Shown in pieces: positions 1 through 13,420 of a stretch of 64,000 bases of DNA. The notes under the pieces are model-generated. The model made no database searches and was not told the DNA's origin. It saw only the letters and a program-made list of their open reading frames with translations. Position numbers and translations under genes: made by a program. Within the stretch, counting starts at the first letter, position 1; the number at the start of each line of letters is the position of its first letter. This stretch comes from Octopus bimaculoides (lineage: Eukaryota): contig NC_068990.1 in assembly GCF_001194135.2 (NCBI RefSeq), positions 37,259,876 through 37,323,875 of the forward strand, read 5' to 3'.

Positions 1-649
1 TATATATACATACTATGCATATATATATATATATATATATATACTATGCATATATATATATATATATATATACATACTATGCATATATATATATATATAT
101 ATATATACTATGCATATATATATATATGTGTGTGTGTCTACACCCCCACACATATACATATATAAGACTTCAAAAGCTTTGTGCTAATGGAGGACGTGAT
201 GTATCAAAAGTGCTGTATATATCTTGATTAATTTCGCAGGGAATTGCAGACAATCACAAGAATTAAGGAATTAGTAACGACTTACCGATTCTATGTCTAT
301 TTAGGAATTAACTCATGTACTTTCTTTTATTTTCATTTCAACTATTCTCTTAACATTTTCGAATGTGATTGTGTCAATTTTTTTTTTTTTTTTTTTTTTA
401 CCTCTTTTCGCCCAAAAAGAAAAATATTTAGATCCTTTTTATGATGTCTTTTTTTCCGTTTGTGGGTCGGAGGCTTTCTTCATTGTTATTGTTGCTCTCT
501 TTGTTGTTTTAATATTCGCTTCTGATTTGCATCGTTACTATTATTATTATCATCATCATCATCATTAATATCATTATTATTATTATTATTATTATTATGT
601 TGTTGTTAGTATTACTAATGTTATTCTTGATATTGAGGATAGGCAGCAT

Positions 650-840
650 TGTTAGAACTTTGGACCAAATGATTTATTTTTTTTTAGGGATTTTATTATG
701 GTCCTTTATATTCTGAGTTCAGATTTTGTTGGGGTCAATTTTCCCTTTCATCCTGATGGTGTTGATAGAATTTATTGCCAATCAACTACTGGAGTTGATT
801 TAATCAACTATATCCTGCTCCTAATTTTGAGGTCTTATGT
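650..840 (-). mobile_element. Degenerate SINE, family B
   Basis: Diverged reverse-complement match to the family-B copy at 11514-11741. Confidence 0.4.
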
Positions 841-859
841 CTAATTTAGATATCAAGAA

Positions 860-1070
860 ATTTGGTGGATTCAGCTGAATCATTAGAGCGTGGGGTCAAG
901 TGTCATGTGGTATTTAGTTCTAGCTCTTATACATACCAATTTCAAATCCTACTGGCATTAGTCATCATTCTCTACCTGAGAAAATATTTTACCAGTGATA
1001 TATTGGGTTTAATTCACTTGACTAGATCTTCCTCCAAAATTTGTGGCCCCTTTGTCAATGTTAGAAATTA
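860..1070 (+). mobile_element. Degenerate SINE, family B
   Basis: Head ...gctgaatcattagagc...ttcaaatcc and tail aaaatttgtggcccctttgtcaatgttagaaatt resemble other family-B copies. Confidence 0.45.
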
Positions 1071-1399
1071 TCATATTATTATTATTAACATTTTGCACTA
1101 TTACTTGCACTATTATTATTATTATTATTATTATTTACTACTACTACTATTATTGTTATTGTTATTATTTATTTTGCCACTAATATCCAGCTAGGAAGTG
1201 TGGAATTTGAGCAAGAACAACAATGGAGTGTCATTTTAACTGTTCTGACACTGTTGATCAATTTATACAGTGTTCAACCTTTCAATTCCATTTTTATTTT
1301 TCCCATGCTAATCATTGTAACATAAGTACCAGTTATACACAACGAATCTATTCAGTGAACTCAAAAATATATCTGTGATTTTTCTGGGCTTGAAGCAAT

Positions 1400-1800
1400 A
1401 ATATTAAGGCTAAATGAGCAACGTATTTAGTTACGTACATTAATGCTGTCTATAATCAGGAACTTTATGACCAGAATAAGTTGGATGTCTACTGATCCAC
1501 CGTCAGACAGCAATATCTTCAATAGAGCAACACTGCAATGATACACTAGCTAGGAGTGTCTTCAGTAATACTTTAATATATTGCTAAGCTCTCACCTATG
1601 TATCAAATTAGAGCCAATGGTAGTAGTAGTAGTAGCAGCAGCAGCAGCTATAGTAGTAGTAGTAGTCTGGTTTAATTCACCATACAACCTGGAAGGCCCC
1701 CAGGTGCCATAGGAATTCCTTACTTATGGACAAACGTGATAAGCTCTTCAACTCACATATCATTAAGGTTAGTTATTCCTGTATGGACAATAGAGTTTCC
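1400..1800 (+). pseudogene. Penelope-like retroelement relic (RT C-terminus / linker before GIY-YIG)
   Basis: Frameshifted translations DSNIFNRAT (from 1506), CNDTLARSVFSNTLIY, WFNSPYNL...EFL (from 1668) and DKLFNSHIIKVSYSCMDN (to ~1791) follow the Penelope motif order IFNxA..YNxAL.RSG / WFNPP / KIFNxxxIKVSYSCM. Confidence 0.7.
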
Positions 1801-2052
1801 CCAGATCAAATACGACAGCTGCAAACTTACCACTCATGCTCAACCTCCAGCACAACAAAAAGAACTTATATCTACTGAAATCTACCTGTTTGCTCTGAGG
1901 ATCCACCTTTCCCATAAACAGAAGATACATAGCGAGGAACTGTAACTCCTCTGAATAATATTGAATTCGAATATTATTCAAGGCCAGCAGTTTTGAGATA
2001 GAGGGAAAGTTGATTACATCAACCCCAATGCTCAACTCCTATGAATAATATT

Positions 2053-2290
2053 GGTTTTAAATTTTGGCATAAGGCCAGTAATTTCAGGGGAGTGGGTAAG
2101 TCAATTACACCCACCCCAGTGTTCAACTGGTACTTCTTTTATAGTCCAACCCATGCCAGCATGGACAATGGACTTAAATGATGATGACGACGAGGAAGAG
2201 GAAGAGGAGGAGGAGGAGGGGATGATGACAATGATGGTCCCTGAAAAGATGAAAGGCAAAGTCAACCTTGGCAGAATTTGAACTCTTCTA
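2053..2290 (-). mobile_element. SINE family B, interrupted by a family-C 3' tail plus microsatellite
   Basis: ttttaaattttggcataaggcc...ggtacttc and gaaaagatgaaaggcaaagtcaaccttggcagaatttgaactc flank the insert ccaacccatgccagcatggac...(GAT/GAG)n. Confidence 0.7.
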
Positions 2291-3089
2291 ACCCAGAGAT
2301 CAGAAGAATTTGTCCAGTTCCTAGTACTGTTGTAGATTTTAGGTAGAAAATTTTCATCATCTCCAAATGCCTGATTATATGTGTGTGTGTGTGTGTGTGA
2401 GTGTGAGTGTGCATGTGTGTGTGTGTACATCTGTGTTTATTTTTACATCATTGGTTAAGTTGCAAGTTTTCAACATCACGTAACTTAGTCACTTGACGAA
2501 TAGAATTTACAAAATAATCATCAGAATGAATTTTGTTTGAAAGTGGTGCTCTAGCATGACCACATTCTAATAGTGGGAACCAGTGAAATATATTCACACA
2601 CATACACACACACACACAAATACACATGTGTATTTGTGAGTGTATTTATTTATATATGTATTCATGCATGCTTGTATATATACATATGGTTGAAAGAAAG
2701 AAGTAAGGTTGTGAAAAAGAAGATATAAAAGAATGGAATGAGAGAGGGAAAAGAGGAAAGAGAGAGGAAAGAGAGAAGAGAGAGGGAGGCGAGAGAGAGG
2801 AAAGAGAGAAGAGAGAGGGAGGCGAGAGAGAGGGAGAGAGAGACAGAGAGAGACAGAAAGAGAGAGTGAGAGAAATATGTGCAGAAGTTGCAGCTTTGGT
2901 TGTCCAGCATCATTGAGACTGGTCAAGTCAGCTGACTGTACTTCAGTGCCAAAACAACTGTCCAGCTGGCTAACTGCCCAGCCAACCAGCTGACTGGCCA
3001 GCTGATGACCTAAGCAATGATGTAAAGAACTGAGTGACCAGACAGCGGTGGTCAGTTAATAACAACAAAAGAAGCAGTGAGGAAAACTC

Positions 3090-3290
3090 TATGTGGTCAT
3101 TTGACTTGCTAAAAATATCAGCCAAATTTTCTTTAAAGAGCATCAATGCTGCCTTAACAAAATGAAGGACACAAATGATATAATATTGCTCAAGTTACTT
3201 GTGGAAAAAAAAGATTAGTCAAGGCTGGATCTGCTAGGTTAGGGGTGACCTTGGGTTAAATAATAGCAATAACTGATGCAGTCATCATCC
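3090..3290 (+). mobile_element. Dispersed repeat family D (ttagaaatagcagccaaat-type); other copies at ~13470-13620(-), 36660-36810(-), 39990-40190(+), 50700-50870(-)
   Basis: Shared core tgctaaaaatatcagccaaatt / gttagaaatagcagccaaattcc with a conserved downstream block across copies. Confidence 0.5.
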
Positions 3291-3559
3291 ATGGATGCGT
3301 GTTTAGTTCCATGGTTTAAAAAGCTTGCTTTACTATACAGGTTTGATTCTTCTGAGTGACATCTTAGGCAAGAGTCTTCTACTAAAGCCATTGGTTGATT
3401 AGTACTTTGTCACTTGAGTTTCAAAGACTAAAACACAATGTGTGTGAGTGTGTGTGTGTGTGTGTGTGCGTGTGTGTGCGTGTGTGTGCACATATATCTA
3501 TATATGTATACACATAACTATATATATATACGTATATATATATATATATATATATATAT

Positions 3560-3961
3560 NNNNNNNNNNNNNNNNNNNNNNNNNNNNNNNNNNNNNNNNN
3601 NNNNNNNNNNNNNNNNNNNNNNNNNNNNNNNNNNNNNNNNNNNNNNNNNNNNNNNNNNNNNNNNNNNNNNNNNNNNNNNNNNNNNNNNNNNNNNNNNNNN
3701 NNNNNNNNNNNNNNNNNNNNNNNNNNNNNNNNNNNNNNNNNNNNNNNNNNNNNNNNNNNNNNNNNNNNNNNNNNNNNNNNNNNNNNNNNNNNNNNNNNNN
3801 NNNNNNNNNNNNNNNNNNNNNNNNNNNNNNNNNNNNNNNNNNNNNNNNNNNNNNNNNNNNNNNNNNNNNNNNNNNNNNNNNNNNNNNNNNNNNNNNNNNN
3901 NNNNNNNNNNNNNNNNNNNNNNNNNNNNNNNNNNNNNNNNNNNNNNNNNNNNNNNNNNNNN
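3560..3961. other. Assembly gap (N-run); other gaps at 8004-8078, 9795-9898, 17410-17932, 28420-28429, 28849-28858, 57743-58264, 61507-61606
   Basis: Runs of n, each bordered on at least one side by a (TA)n or (TG)n tract. Confidence 0.99.
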
Positions 3962-4084
3962 GTTAAATCTCTGAACGAGGCATTTAAGTGGCAAATATAC
4001 TTCACGTTATAAATATATAATAGTTATCGCCAAGCCAACATGGCAGTCCCAAAATTAGGACGAAAGCTGCGACTTAGAAATATT

Positions 4085-4215
4085 AATAACTATATAAATA
4101 TATAGTTTTAGGGAAAAGAACCAAAGTTCATGAACTCATTAATTTTAATTTAATTTTTAATAAATTGATTTTAATTGAGTTTTTACCTGTAATTTTGGAT
4201 TTTATCCCTAATATT
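4085..4215 (-). repeat. Short dispersed repeat associated with TA microsatellites; inverted, rearranged copy at 12285-12455
   Basis: aatttttaataaattgattttaattgagtttttacctgtaattttgga..ttatccctaat is the reverse complement of 12290-12360; tagggaaaagaaccaaagttcatgaactcat matches the reverse complement of 12418-12450. Confidence 0.75.
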
Positions 4216-4224
4216 AATATTATG

Positions 4225-4263
<39 letters not shown>

Positions 4264-5859
4264 TCATAAGAATGGTACAACAAGGTACCGATATATATAT
4301 ATAAATACACACATGCATATGTATATGAATGTTTATGTTTTTTGCCAAATGTTGAAGAATTCAAAAACCAATTGTGAAGCAGCCCTCTCTAAATGATATC
4401 CCAAGTTGCAATTATTTCTTCCCTTCTTACTCTTGCTGTTAGAAATATATTGAACCAGTAACTGGTCTGTTGGAAACCAGTAACCAAAGATGGTATTCTT
4501 CACAAATTGTGACTTAAAGTAAGTAAAATTATAGCACCTTGTCACTATATGTAAATCGACCAGTTCCAACATCTCTCAAACTGAGCAGTCAATTGCACAC
4601 AACGCCAGATACCCATTTGGTTATTCTTCTGTCCAGCTGAAGGACTGAGGAACTTTGAAAATAATCTTCCACCAAAATATGGAATTAAATGACTATCCAG
4701 CCAAGAGCCTCTTCTTGGTTGACCTACCTGTTAATGACAGCACCTAGGTGTCTTTAAAATAACATGTTTTAGTCTTAGAATGTTGAAGCCATTCTAAGAT
4801 CCTAAGATTAATGGGCATTGTCTGAAAAATTAGTGCATATGGACTCCGTTTGATTGGTTTTTGATGACAGGTATGGTCCATATGAGCTAATCTTGTGCAA
4901 AAGAACAACAATGATAATAAAATAATTGTCTTGCCAGGAATCAATGAGGTAATATCTATGTGCTTGCTTGATCTGCTAGATATAGCAGTCAGAGTTCACT
5001 TTAATCATATATTGCAGTCTTAAAATTTGAATGACACCTTAACTAATATAGTCCTTGGTAATGCTCCTAACTGCATTTAAAAATAAGAGGATAGCCTGTT
5101 CAATGGAAAGGCTTTGATTACAATAGTCCAGCTCAATCAGGGCTGCTTTAGTGCTAAACAACAACAACAACAATCATCTGACCAGCAGCTAAAAATGCAT
5201 CCACTGCCCAAACAGACAACTAGCTGTCCATCCAACCATTCTATGACCCAATCAGACTGACACACAGACAGACAGACAGACCAATCCCTAGCTAAACTAA
5301 CACAGTCATAATCCACACAGCAACCAGCAGTAGCAGCAGCAGTAATGGCTGCAGTTTGACCAGTTGTCCAGCCAACTCCAGGGACATGTTTGTTATCCAG
5401 ACTCCCTACCATGCCCCATCTCCTTCTCACTGCTTTCCATTCTGTCTGTATGTCCATTTTTTTGCAACCAGTCATCCAGCCCAGTGGTAGCCAGCTAGCT
5501 AGATAGCCAGATAGTCAGCTAGTAAACTATTTTATCTGTCCATTCAATGAATTTTTCTATCTATTTATCAGTGTAAATGTCTCCCTGGCTCATTGTCCAT
5601 CACCCCATCAGGCCGATTGTCTGTTTGCCTGCTCTCTCACTCACTGCCTTTATCTCTGGCTCTCTTTATCTATTTCTGTCTGTTTAACTGTCCGTTTCTC
5701 TCTGTTACTCTTCTTCTCTCTCTCTCTTTCTCTCTCATGCTCTTCATAGCTTTTAGTCTATCTATTTCTCAACCAGTCACTCTCCCAATTTTACATTCTG
5801 TCTGCCGCTGTGCCTCATTCAATGTTGTTTTCTGCACCTCTTGTACTTTATATATCATG

Positions 5860-6240
5860 CCACCACCACAACTAAAGTCACCACTACCACCACCACCACC
5901 ACCACTACTACCACCATCATCATCACCAACAACCCAGCATTTACAAGCATAACCTACACCACCACCATCACCATAATCATCATCATTAACATCCCGACAT
6001 CTACCAGCATAACCTACACCAACACTAACACCACCACCACCACCACCACAAGCATCAACACCAACGACAATGCCATCACCACAAGCACCACTGCCACCAT
6101 ATGCACTGCAATCATCCCCACCAGCTACCCAACCCCATTATCAAACGCCCCAACCACCATAACAACTAAGGCTGACACCAGAACCACCACCGCCACCGCC
6201 ATTACCACCACCGCCACCACCTTCACCACCACCACCATAT
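5860..6240 (+). repeat. Degenerate (ACC/ATC/AAC)n trinucleotide region
   Basis: Directly visible; source of the Thr-rich spurious ORF 5841-6497. Confidence 0.9.
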
Positions 6241-6576
6241 ACTCGTTACATGTCCACTTTTTCTTCTCCATAATTCCTTTTTCTCTTATTTTGATTTTCA
6301 TTTCCTATCTCTCATTCTCCGATGCTCTCTCTCATTCGCTCTCACTCATTGTTTCACACCCACCCACCCATACATTCTCTCCCCAGTCTCCAGCTACCTC
6401 TTTCACTCTTCCTCTCCTGCCCTCTGCCCTCTTTCTTTCTTTTTCCTTCTCCCCACATCCCTATGCCCTTCTCCCTCACATTACCTCTTTTTCCTAAGTA
6501 TTTATCTTTGATCATTCTGGTGAGGGTATATGCACTGTGTATGTATGTGCCTGAGAGTGTGTGCGTGTTTATATAA

Positions 6577-6611
<35 letters not shown>

Positions 6612-6845
6612 GATTTAATATAACATTCTCTCTCTTGTATATGTATATATATATATATATATATGTAAATATACATGAATATACGTGTCAATATATATAT
6701 ATATATCAAGATACATATGCCTATACATAAATATATACACACACATATACGTATGCATATAAGCATACGTATATGTGTATGCTCTTATATATATATATAT
6801 ATATTGTGTATAGTTATTAAATATGTATACATATATAAATGTGTG

Positions 6846-6895
<50 letters not shown>

Positions 6896-7566
6896 AATAA
6901 CAACAACAAAAATAATAACAGTTACAATAATGATAATAATAATAATAATAATAATATATATTGTGCATATATATTATATACAGGCATAGATATGTGTATG
7001 TATATATATATTGTACATAGAGATATATATTATATATACACACACAGACATCTGTATGTATATGTATGTACACACAGACACAAGTTTGTGTGTGTATATA
7101 TATTATGAATTTTAGTATGTAGGTATATTTATATTTGTATGTATGTTTGCATGTATATATACATACAGACACATATATATGATATACACATAATACCTGA
7201 ATGTCTGTTTATTTCTTACCATTTCTTCCTATATTCCACACACTATATTTGATTGTTTTGCTAAATATATATCTCTATCTCTCTTTTTCTCTCTAACTAG
7301 AACTTCATACCCTCTCTCTTTCTCTGCCTCACTCTCTTGACCAGTGTGTCTTCAAAGTCCAGCGTTGTCCTTTACAGTGAATCTCAGGCCATCGTCCATT
7401 CTGTCTGCTTCTGTACCTCTGTTTCTAAACACTGCAAACTGACCGGTTAGTGACCGATTTAACACACTTTATTTACATATCAACCATCTTTCAATCAATC
7501 AAGTTTTCACTCTTTTTATTTAAATATCTATCTGTCTCTGTATCTCTCTCTCAATATGTATGTATG

Positions 7567-7615
<49 letters not shown>

Positions 7616-7626
7616 GTGTGTGTGTA

Positions 7627-7671
<45 letters not shown>

Positions 7672-7950
7672 CACACACACAAATATATTTATACATACAG
7701 CTACAGAAATATATCTTTATCTACCTGCCTATCTATCTATCTTTCTATCTATCTATTTATTCATCTATCTATCCATTTATCTATATATGTGTGTGTGTAT
7801 GTAACATTACATATTCTCACGTATGTACATACACACACATATGTAAATTTATATGCATGTATATATATATATATATGATATATACATATACACGTATAAA
7901 TTTATATATATATATATATATACATGTATGTATATATATATATATACATG

Positions 7951-8003
<53 letters not shown>

Positions 8004-8078
8004 NNNNNNNNNNNNNNNNNNNNNNNNNNNNNNNNNNNNNNNNNNNNNNNNNNNNNNNNNNNNNNNNNNNNNNNNNNN

Positions 8079-8124
<46 letters not shown>

Positions 8125-8879
8125 GTATGTATACATATGCATACATACTTTCACTATTATACCCACTTACCTATCGTTAGTTACATTTATAATATTTATA
8201 ATTATTCTGTTATTATTTTTACCATTTTTACCGTTATTATTATCATGATTATTATTACTATTATTATTATTATTACATTCCTTTTTGATGAATTTTTGAA
8301 TGCATTTATGTATGTGTTTTTGTGTATACATTTTTACATGCACAAGGAGACATGCTCTCACACACTCCCACGAACACACACACACACACACACACACACG
8401 TACACATGCATGTAGCACAAGTTATCAAACTGATTACATTCCCTCTTTTGTCATTTTGTCATCACTATTGTCTATTGTTGTTGTTGTTGTTGTTGTTGTT
8501 TTTGTTGCTGGCGATGGTATTTTTTTTCTTTGTTTTTGGTTTAGTTTTGACGATATTTCTAGCATTGCGTATGTATGTATGTATGTGTGTGCTCCAGTGT
8601 AGTTGTCTGCATATTTGCATGTGTATGTGTATGTGTGTATGACTATGTAAATTTTTTTCATATGCTCATACTATGTATGCATATGGATAGTCGGGTTTGT
8701 TTTTGTATATGTGTGTGTGTATGTGAGTAGCCATGTGTTTTTACATGTGTGTACGTGTGTGTGTGTGTTTGTGTGTGTGTCTGCATATGTCTACACTGAG
8801 TAATTACTACAAATATTATTGGCACCACACAGGCCGATTGGTTGTACGGTCGCAGAAGTTGCAGACAGTGGCAGCAGAA

Positions 8880-9400
8880 GCAATTACAGTAGTAGTAGTA
8901 GTAGTAGTAGCAGTAGGTAGTGGGGGTGGTGGTGACACTGTACACATTGGTGGTGAGATGATGGTGATACTTATAGTAGTAGTAGTAATAGTTGTTGTTG
9001 TTTTTGTTGTTGTAGCAGCAGTATTAGTAGATACAGTAGTAGCTTTAGTAGCATCTCCTTACTGTTTTCCTATTTAACTATTTGTTTAGCTCCATTACTT
9101 CATCACCATTATCATCTTCTTCATCGTCGCCATCAACGTCATCCCCACCACCACAACCATTACCACCACCGTCATCATCACCATCATCATGATACTACAA
9201 CCACCGCCACCACCACCACCACCATCAACAACATTGCCTATATTACTATCATCATCATCATCATCACCACCAACACTATCATCATCATTGTCACCAACAT
9301 TATCATTGTCATCGTTGTCGTCATTATCATCATTATCGTTGTCGTCATCTGACTCCTCCTTCTCCGTCTCCTCCTCCTCCTGCTCATCATCATCATTGCC
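8880..9400. repeat. (GTA/GGT/GTT)n followed by (CAT/CAC)n trinucleotide region
   Basis: Directly visible. Confidence 0.85.
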
Positions 9401-9548
9401 TTCATTTTTTAAGATTATTAATATTTCATTTCACTCCTTCACTAATCACATGGTAAAACAACAAAACAAATACAAACTGTATGAACTCAAGGAAATACGA
9501 AGGAGTGTTAATTTAGATAAAAAACTAGAGAGCACAGTTGAGTCTTCC

Positions 9549-9738
9549 GACTGACTGCGGCCATGCTGGAGCAGCGCCTTTAGTCGAAAAAAATCGACCC
9601 CAGAACTTATTTTTTGTAAGCCTAGTACTTATTCTATCGGTCTCTTTTTGCCGAACCGCCAAGTTATGGGGATGTAAACACACCTGCATCGGTTGTCAAG
9701 CGATGCTGGGGTGACAAATACAGGCACACAAACACACA
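9549..9738 (-). mobile_element. SINE family A, 3' half
   Basis: gactgcggccatgctggagcagcgcc...atcgacccc...ggttgtcaagcgatg is the reverse complement of the family-A 3' half and is very similar to 45425-45610. Confidence 0.85.
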
Positions 9739-9739
9739 C

Positions 9740-9794
<55 letters not shown>

Positions 9795-9898
9795 NNNNNN
9801 NNNNNNNNNNNNNNNNNNNNNNNNNNNNNNNNNNNNNNNNNNNNNNNNNNNNNNNNNNNNNNNNNNNNNNNNNNNNNNNNNNNNNNNNNNNNNNNNNN

Positions 9899-10006
<108 letters not shown>

Positions 10007-10571
10007 AATAGATAGTTAGATACATACCTACACACATACTTACATACACAGATACATATATACATATGCATGCGTGTGAATGTGTGTATATATGCATATA
10101 ATATATATGTTTATTTGTACAAATATGCACACCTCTCTCTCTTTCTCTCTCTGTGTATATATATGTGTGTGTGTATAATAGTTAATCTGCCAAAACGGAG
10201 AAAAAACACAAGGAAAAATCAACAACATGAGGATGTGGTACATGCAAAGTATTATATATATATATGTGTGTGTGTGTCTATACACACATACACACATATA
10301 TATAGATATATATACATATACATACATACAAATATGTGTTTGTATGCTTAAATAAATATAATTGTTTTTATATATTTATATCATTCTCATTCAATATCAA
10401 TGTTTGTGTGCATATATATATACATATATATATAGTGTAATATATATATATATGTATATATATATATATCTTATACACATATTTAGATATATATATATAT
10501 GCATATATATATATATATATAGTGTAATATATATGTATATATATATATATATATCTTATACATATATTTAG

Positions 10572-10603
<32 letters not shown>

Positions 10604-11490
10604 TTTATACATATATTTAGATATATATATATATATATATATGTGGTGTAATCTAGTCTAATATACTGCCACATTTAAACAGAACCATACATTGAAATAT
10701 CAGTGTTTCTGGACAAATGAGGAAAAGAGTATTTAATACATGGTCTAAACCAATGGTCCCCAAACTATTTTACTCACGCAATACTTCAAAGCAGATATAA
10801 ATATTTTCTACTACAGGAAATTAATAAGTGTTTAGCTTCTCATTTAAGGAATCAGAATTGTTACTCTGATTCTTATAATGTCTCTTTCTAGAGACATTAT
10901 ATCTAAGAATTTTATTTTGTATTTATTAGTATTTTAAAATATAATTTTATTTTTATAACATACATAGCTCTGTCATGGCACATCAATGTGACATAATGTA
11001 CTATTTGAAAACCTCTTGTGTGGGGTATGTTTGTTTTTGTTTTTCTTTGTTTTTTTTTTGGAAGCACAATAGATAAGATTCTGTACAACCATAGTCAAAA
11101 CTTAGAGTAGCAAGAGAGTGATTCAACCAAAATGATGTGTGTGTGTACACACACACACATATATATAGAGATATATATGTGTATATATATACAAGAGGAA
11201 GAGAATGAGAGACAGACAGACAAACAGATATACATACATACAAACATATGTATGAATAAGTACATATGTACATGCATGTGTCCCACCGAGACCAAAGGTA
11301 ATAGTTGAAGTCAGAAATAGAAAATAAAAAGTTGACAAAAATGGAGATGAAAGGGCCAGTAATACTGAAAATATTCTGTCTGTCTGTATTTCTCTATCTA
11401 TCTATTCTATTCTATTCTATCTATTTATCTACATACACATACATATATACATACATGCATATGTACATACACACATATATTTATGTATGT

Positions 11491-11914
11491 AGGTGTGGCT
11501 GTGTGGTAAGAAGGCGGCGAGCTGGCAGAAACGTTAGCACGGCGGGCGAAATGCTTAGTGGTATTTCGTCTGCCACTACGTTCTGAGTTCAAATTCCACC
11601 GAGGTCGACTTTGCCCTTCATCCATTCGGAGTCGATTAAATAAGTACCAGTTACGCACTGAATTCAAGATAATCGACTTAATCCATTTGTCTCTCTTTGT
11701 TTGTCCCTTCTGTCTGTAGCCTCTTGTGGGCAGTAAAAAAATAAGAAGCTTGCTTCCCAACCACATTGTTCCAGGTTCAGTCCCACTGCGTGGCCCCTTG
11801 GGCAAGTGTTTTTCACTATAGCCTAGGGCTGACCAAAACCTTGTGAGTGAATTTGGTATACAGAAACTGGAAGCCTGTTGTACATATATATATATTTATA
11901 TGTATATATAAGTG

Positions 11915-11966
<52 letters not shown>

Positions 11967-12200
11967 TGTCTGTATTTGTGTGTGTGTGTCTTGTGTTTGT
12001 ACCACCTCCATCGGTTGACAACCGATACAGATGTGTTTATGTCCCCGTAACTTAGCAGTTCGGCGAAAGGTACCGATAGAATAAGTTCTAAGCTTACAAC
12101 GAATAAGTCCTGGGGTCGATTTCTTCAACTAACACCCTCTAGGTGGTGCTCCGGCATGGCTGCAGTCAATTGACTGAAACAATTAAAAGAGTAAAAGAAT
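11491..12200 (+). mobile_element. tRNA-derived SINE family A with internal (TA)n, split by a family-B insertion
   Basis: A-box-like TGGCTGTGTGG (11496-11506), B-box-like GGTTCAGTCCC, then ccttgggcaagtg and the tail gactgaaacaattaaaagag. Confidence 0.9.
11514..11741 (+). mobile_element. tRNA-derived SINE family B, full length, flanked by TAAGAAG target-site duplication
   Basis: gcggcgagctggcagaaacgttagc...gagttcaaattcc...gaggtcgactttgcc...aagtaccag; taagaag at 11507-11513 and 11742-11748. Confidence 0.92.
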
Positions 12201-12256
12201 GTATGTATGTATATATATATATATATGAGTGTGTGTCTGTATGTATATATATATAT

Positions 12257-12289
<33 letters not shown>

Positions 12290-12949
12290 TTAGGGATAAA
12301 AGTCCAAAATTACAGGTAAAAACTCAATTAAAATCAATTTATTAAAAATTAAAATCAAATTAAGTTTCACAGTATTAAATATATATATAGTTTTAGGGAC
12401 AGTGGATTTTCATCGATGAGTTCATGAACCTTGGTTCTTTTCCCTAAAATATAAATATATATATATATATATATAAAGATATTGGTTGCTGTCACGTCTT
12501 GGTATCGGTGGTGTGTAGTGGTGTAGTTCACCTTGTCCTTATGTATGTATGGCTATATACATTATTATGTGTGTGTGTGTATGTGTGTGGAAATGCTTGT
12601 TTGTGGTGGTATAATGTCTTGGGTTCAAATTTCTTCTGAAGTTATGCATAAAATGCTTGGTGATTAAAAAATTAAATCAAAAATCATAAGCTCATAATGA
12701 TTAAAAAAAATTTTATTTTTCCAACCGCTGACCACCCTTTGAAAATGCCAAACCATTCCTCAGTTGCCTCAGTGTCATATGCCTCTCGTCATTTCACCAC
12801 CGCCCTCATCTCTGCTGTGCACCCCACCCCTCTAGAAACATGCACCGTCTTTCTATCACTGATAACTCTGTCCTAGATGGGATATTTTCTGCACTGGGGA
12901 TGGACATGGTGTTGGTGGTCATACTGGTGGTTCTGTTGGAGAGTGATGA

Positions 12950-13420
12950 TGGTTATAGTGATGGTAATGATGGTGAATTGAGATGGATGTGGTGGAAGTT
13001 GTGGCACCGGTGGTGATCCTGTCAGTGATCATTGTGATGATGATGATGATGATGGTGGTGGATTGGAGTGAAGAAAGTAGGAGAAGGTGGGTTAGGAGGA
13101 TTTAGTTTACATAGGAGGTCACTGGTGGGGGGAAGGATCTAAGTATTCAGGCCCCCTGATGCTAAAGCTGCCAGTTTTGTAGCAGTGGTCAGGTCCATGA
13201 TGACAGTGATGCTTTTGCTGCTGATGATGATGATGGGGGCTGGTGGGACATATGGTGATGGTGTGATGATGGCAGGGGTAGCGGTAGTATTATGCATGTG
13301 GTGTGGGTAGTGGAAGTGGTGGTCAAGCCAATGGTGATGGTGGATGTGGTGCATATGTACCAGGTCGTACTGGTGGAGATGGTGGTGGTCATGGCAGGAG
13401 GGTGGAGCAATGCAGATCAG
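12950..13420 (+). repeat. Degenerate (GGT/GAT)n low-complexity region
   Basis: Directly visible; source of the Gly-rich and His-rich spurious ORFs. Confidence 0.8.

Noticed and set aside
5841-6497. 218-aa Thr-rich, mucin-like ORF
   Set aside because: Explained entirely by (ACC/ATC)n followed by a CT-rich tract; no supporting gene structure.
7353-7453. Plus-strand AG...GTTAGT exon-like segment
   Set aside because: Only one frame is open, the peptide is unrecognisable, and no partner exons were found.
10750-10995. Possible hAT MITE (caatggtccccaaac ... tttgaaaacctct)
   Set aside because: The right end is too degenerate and there is no TSD.
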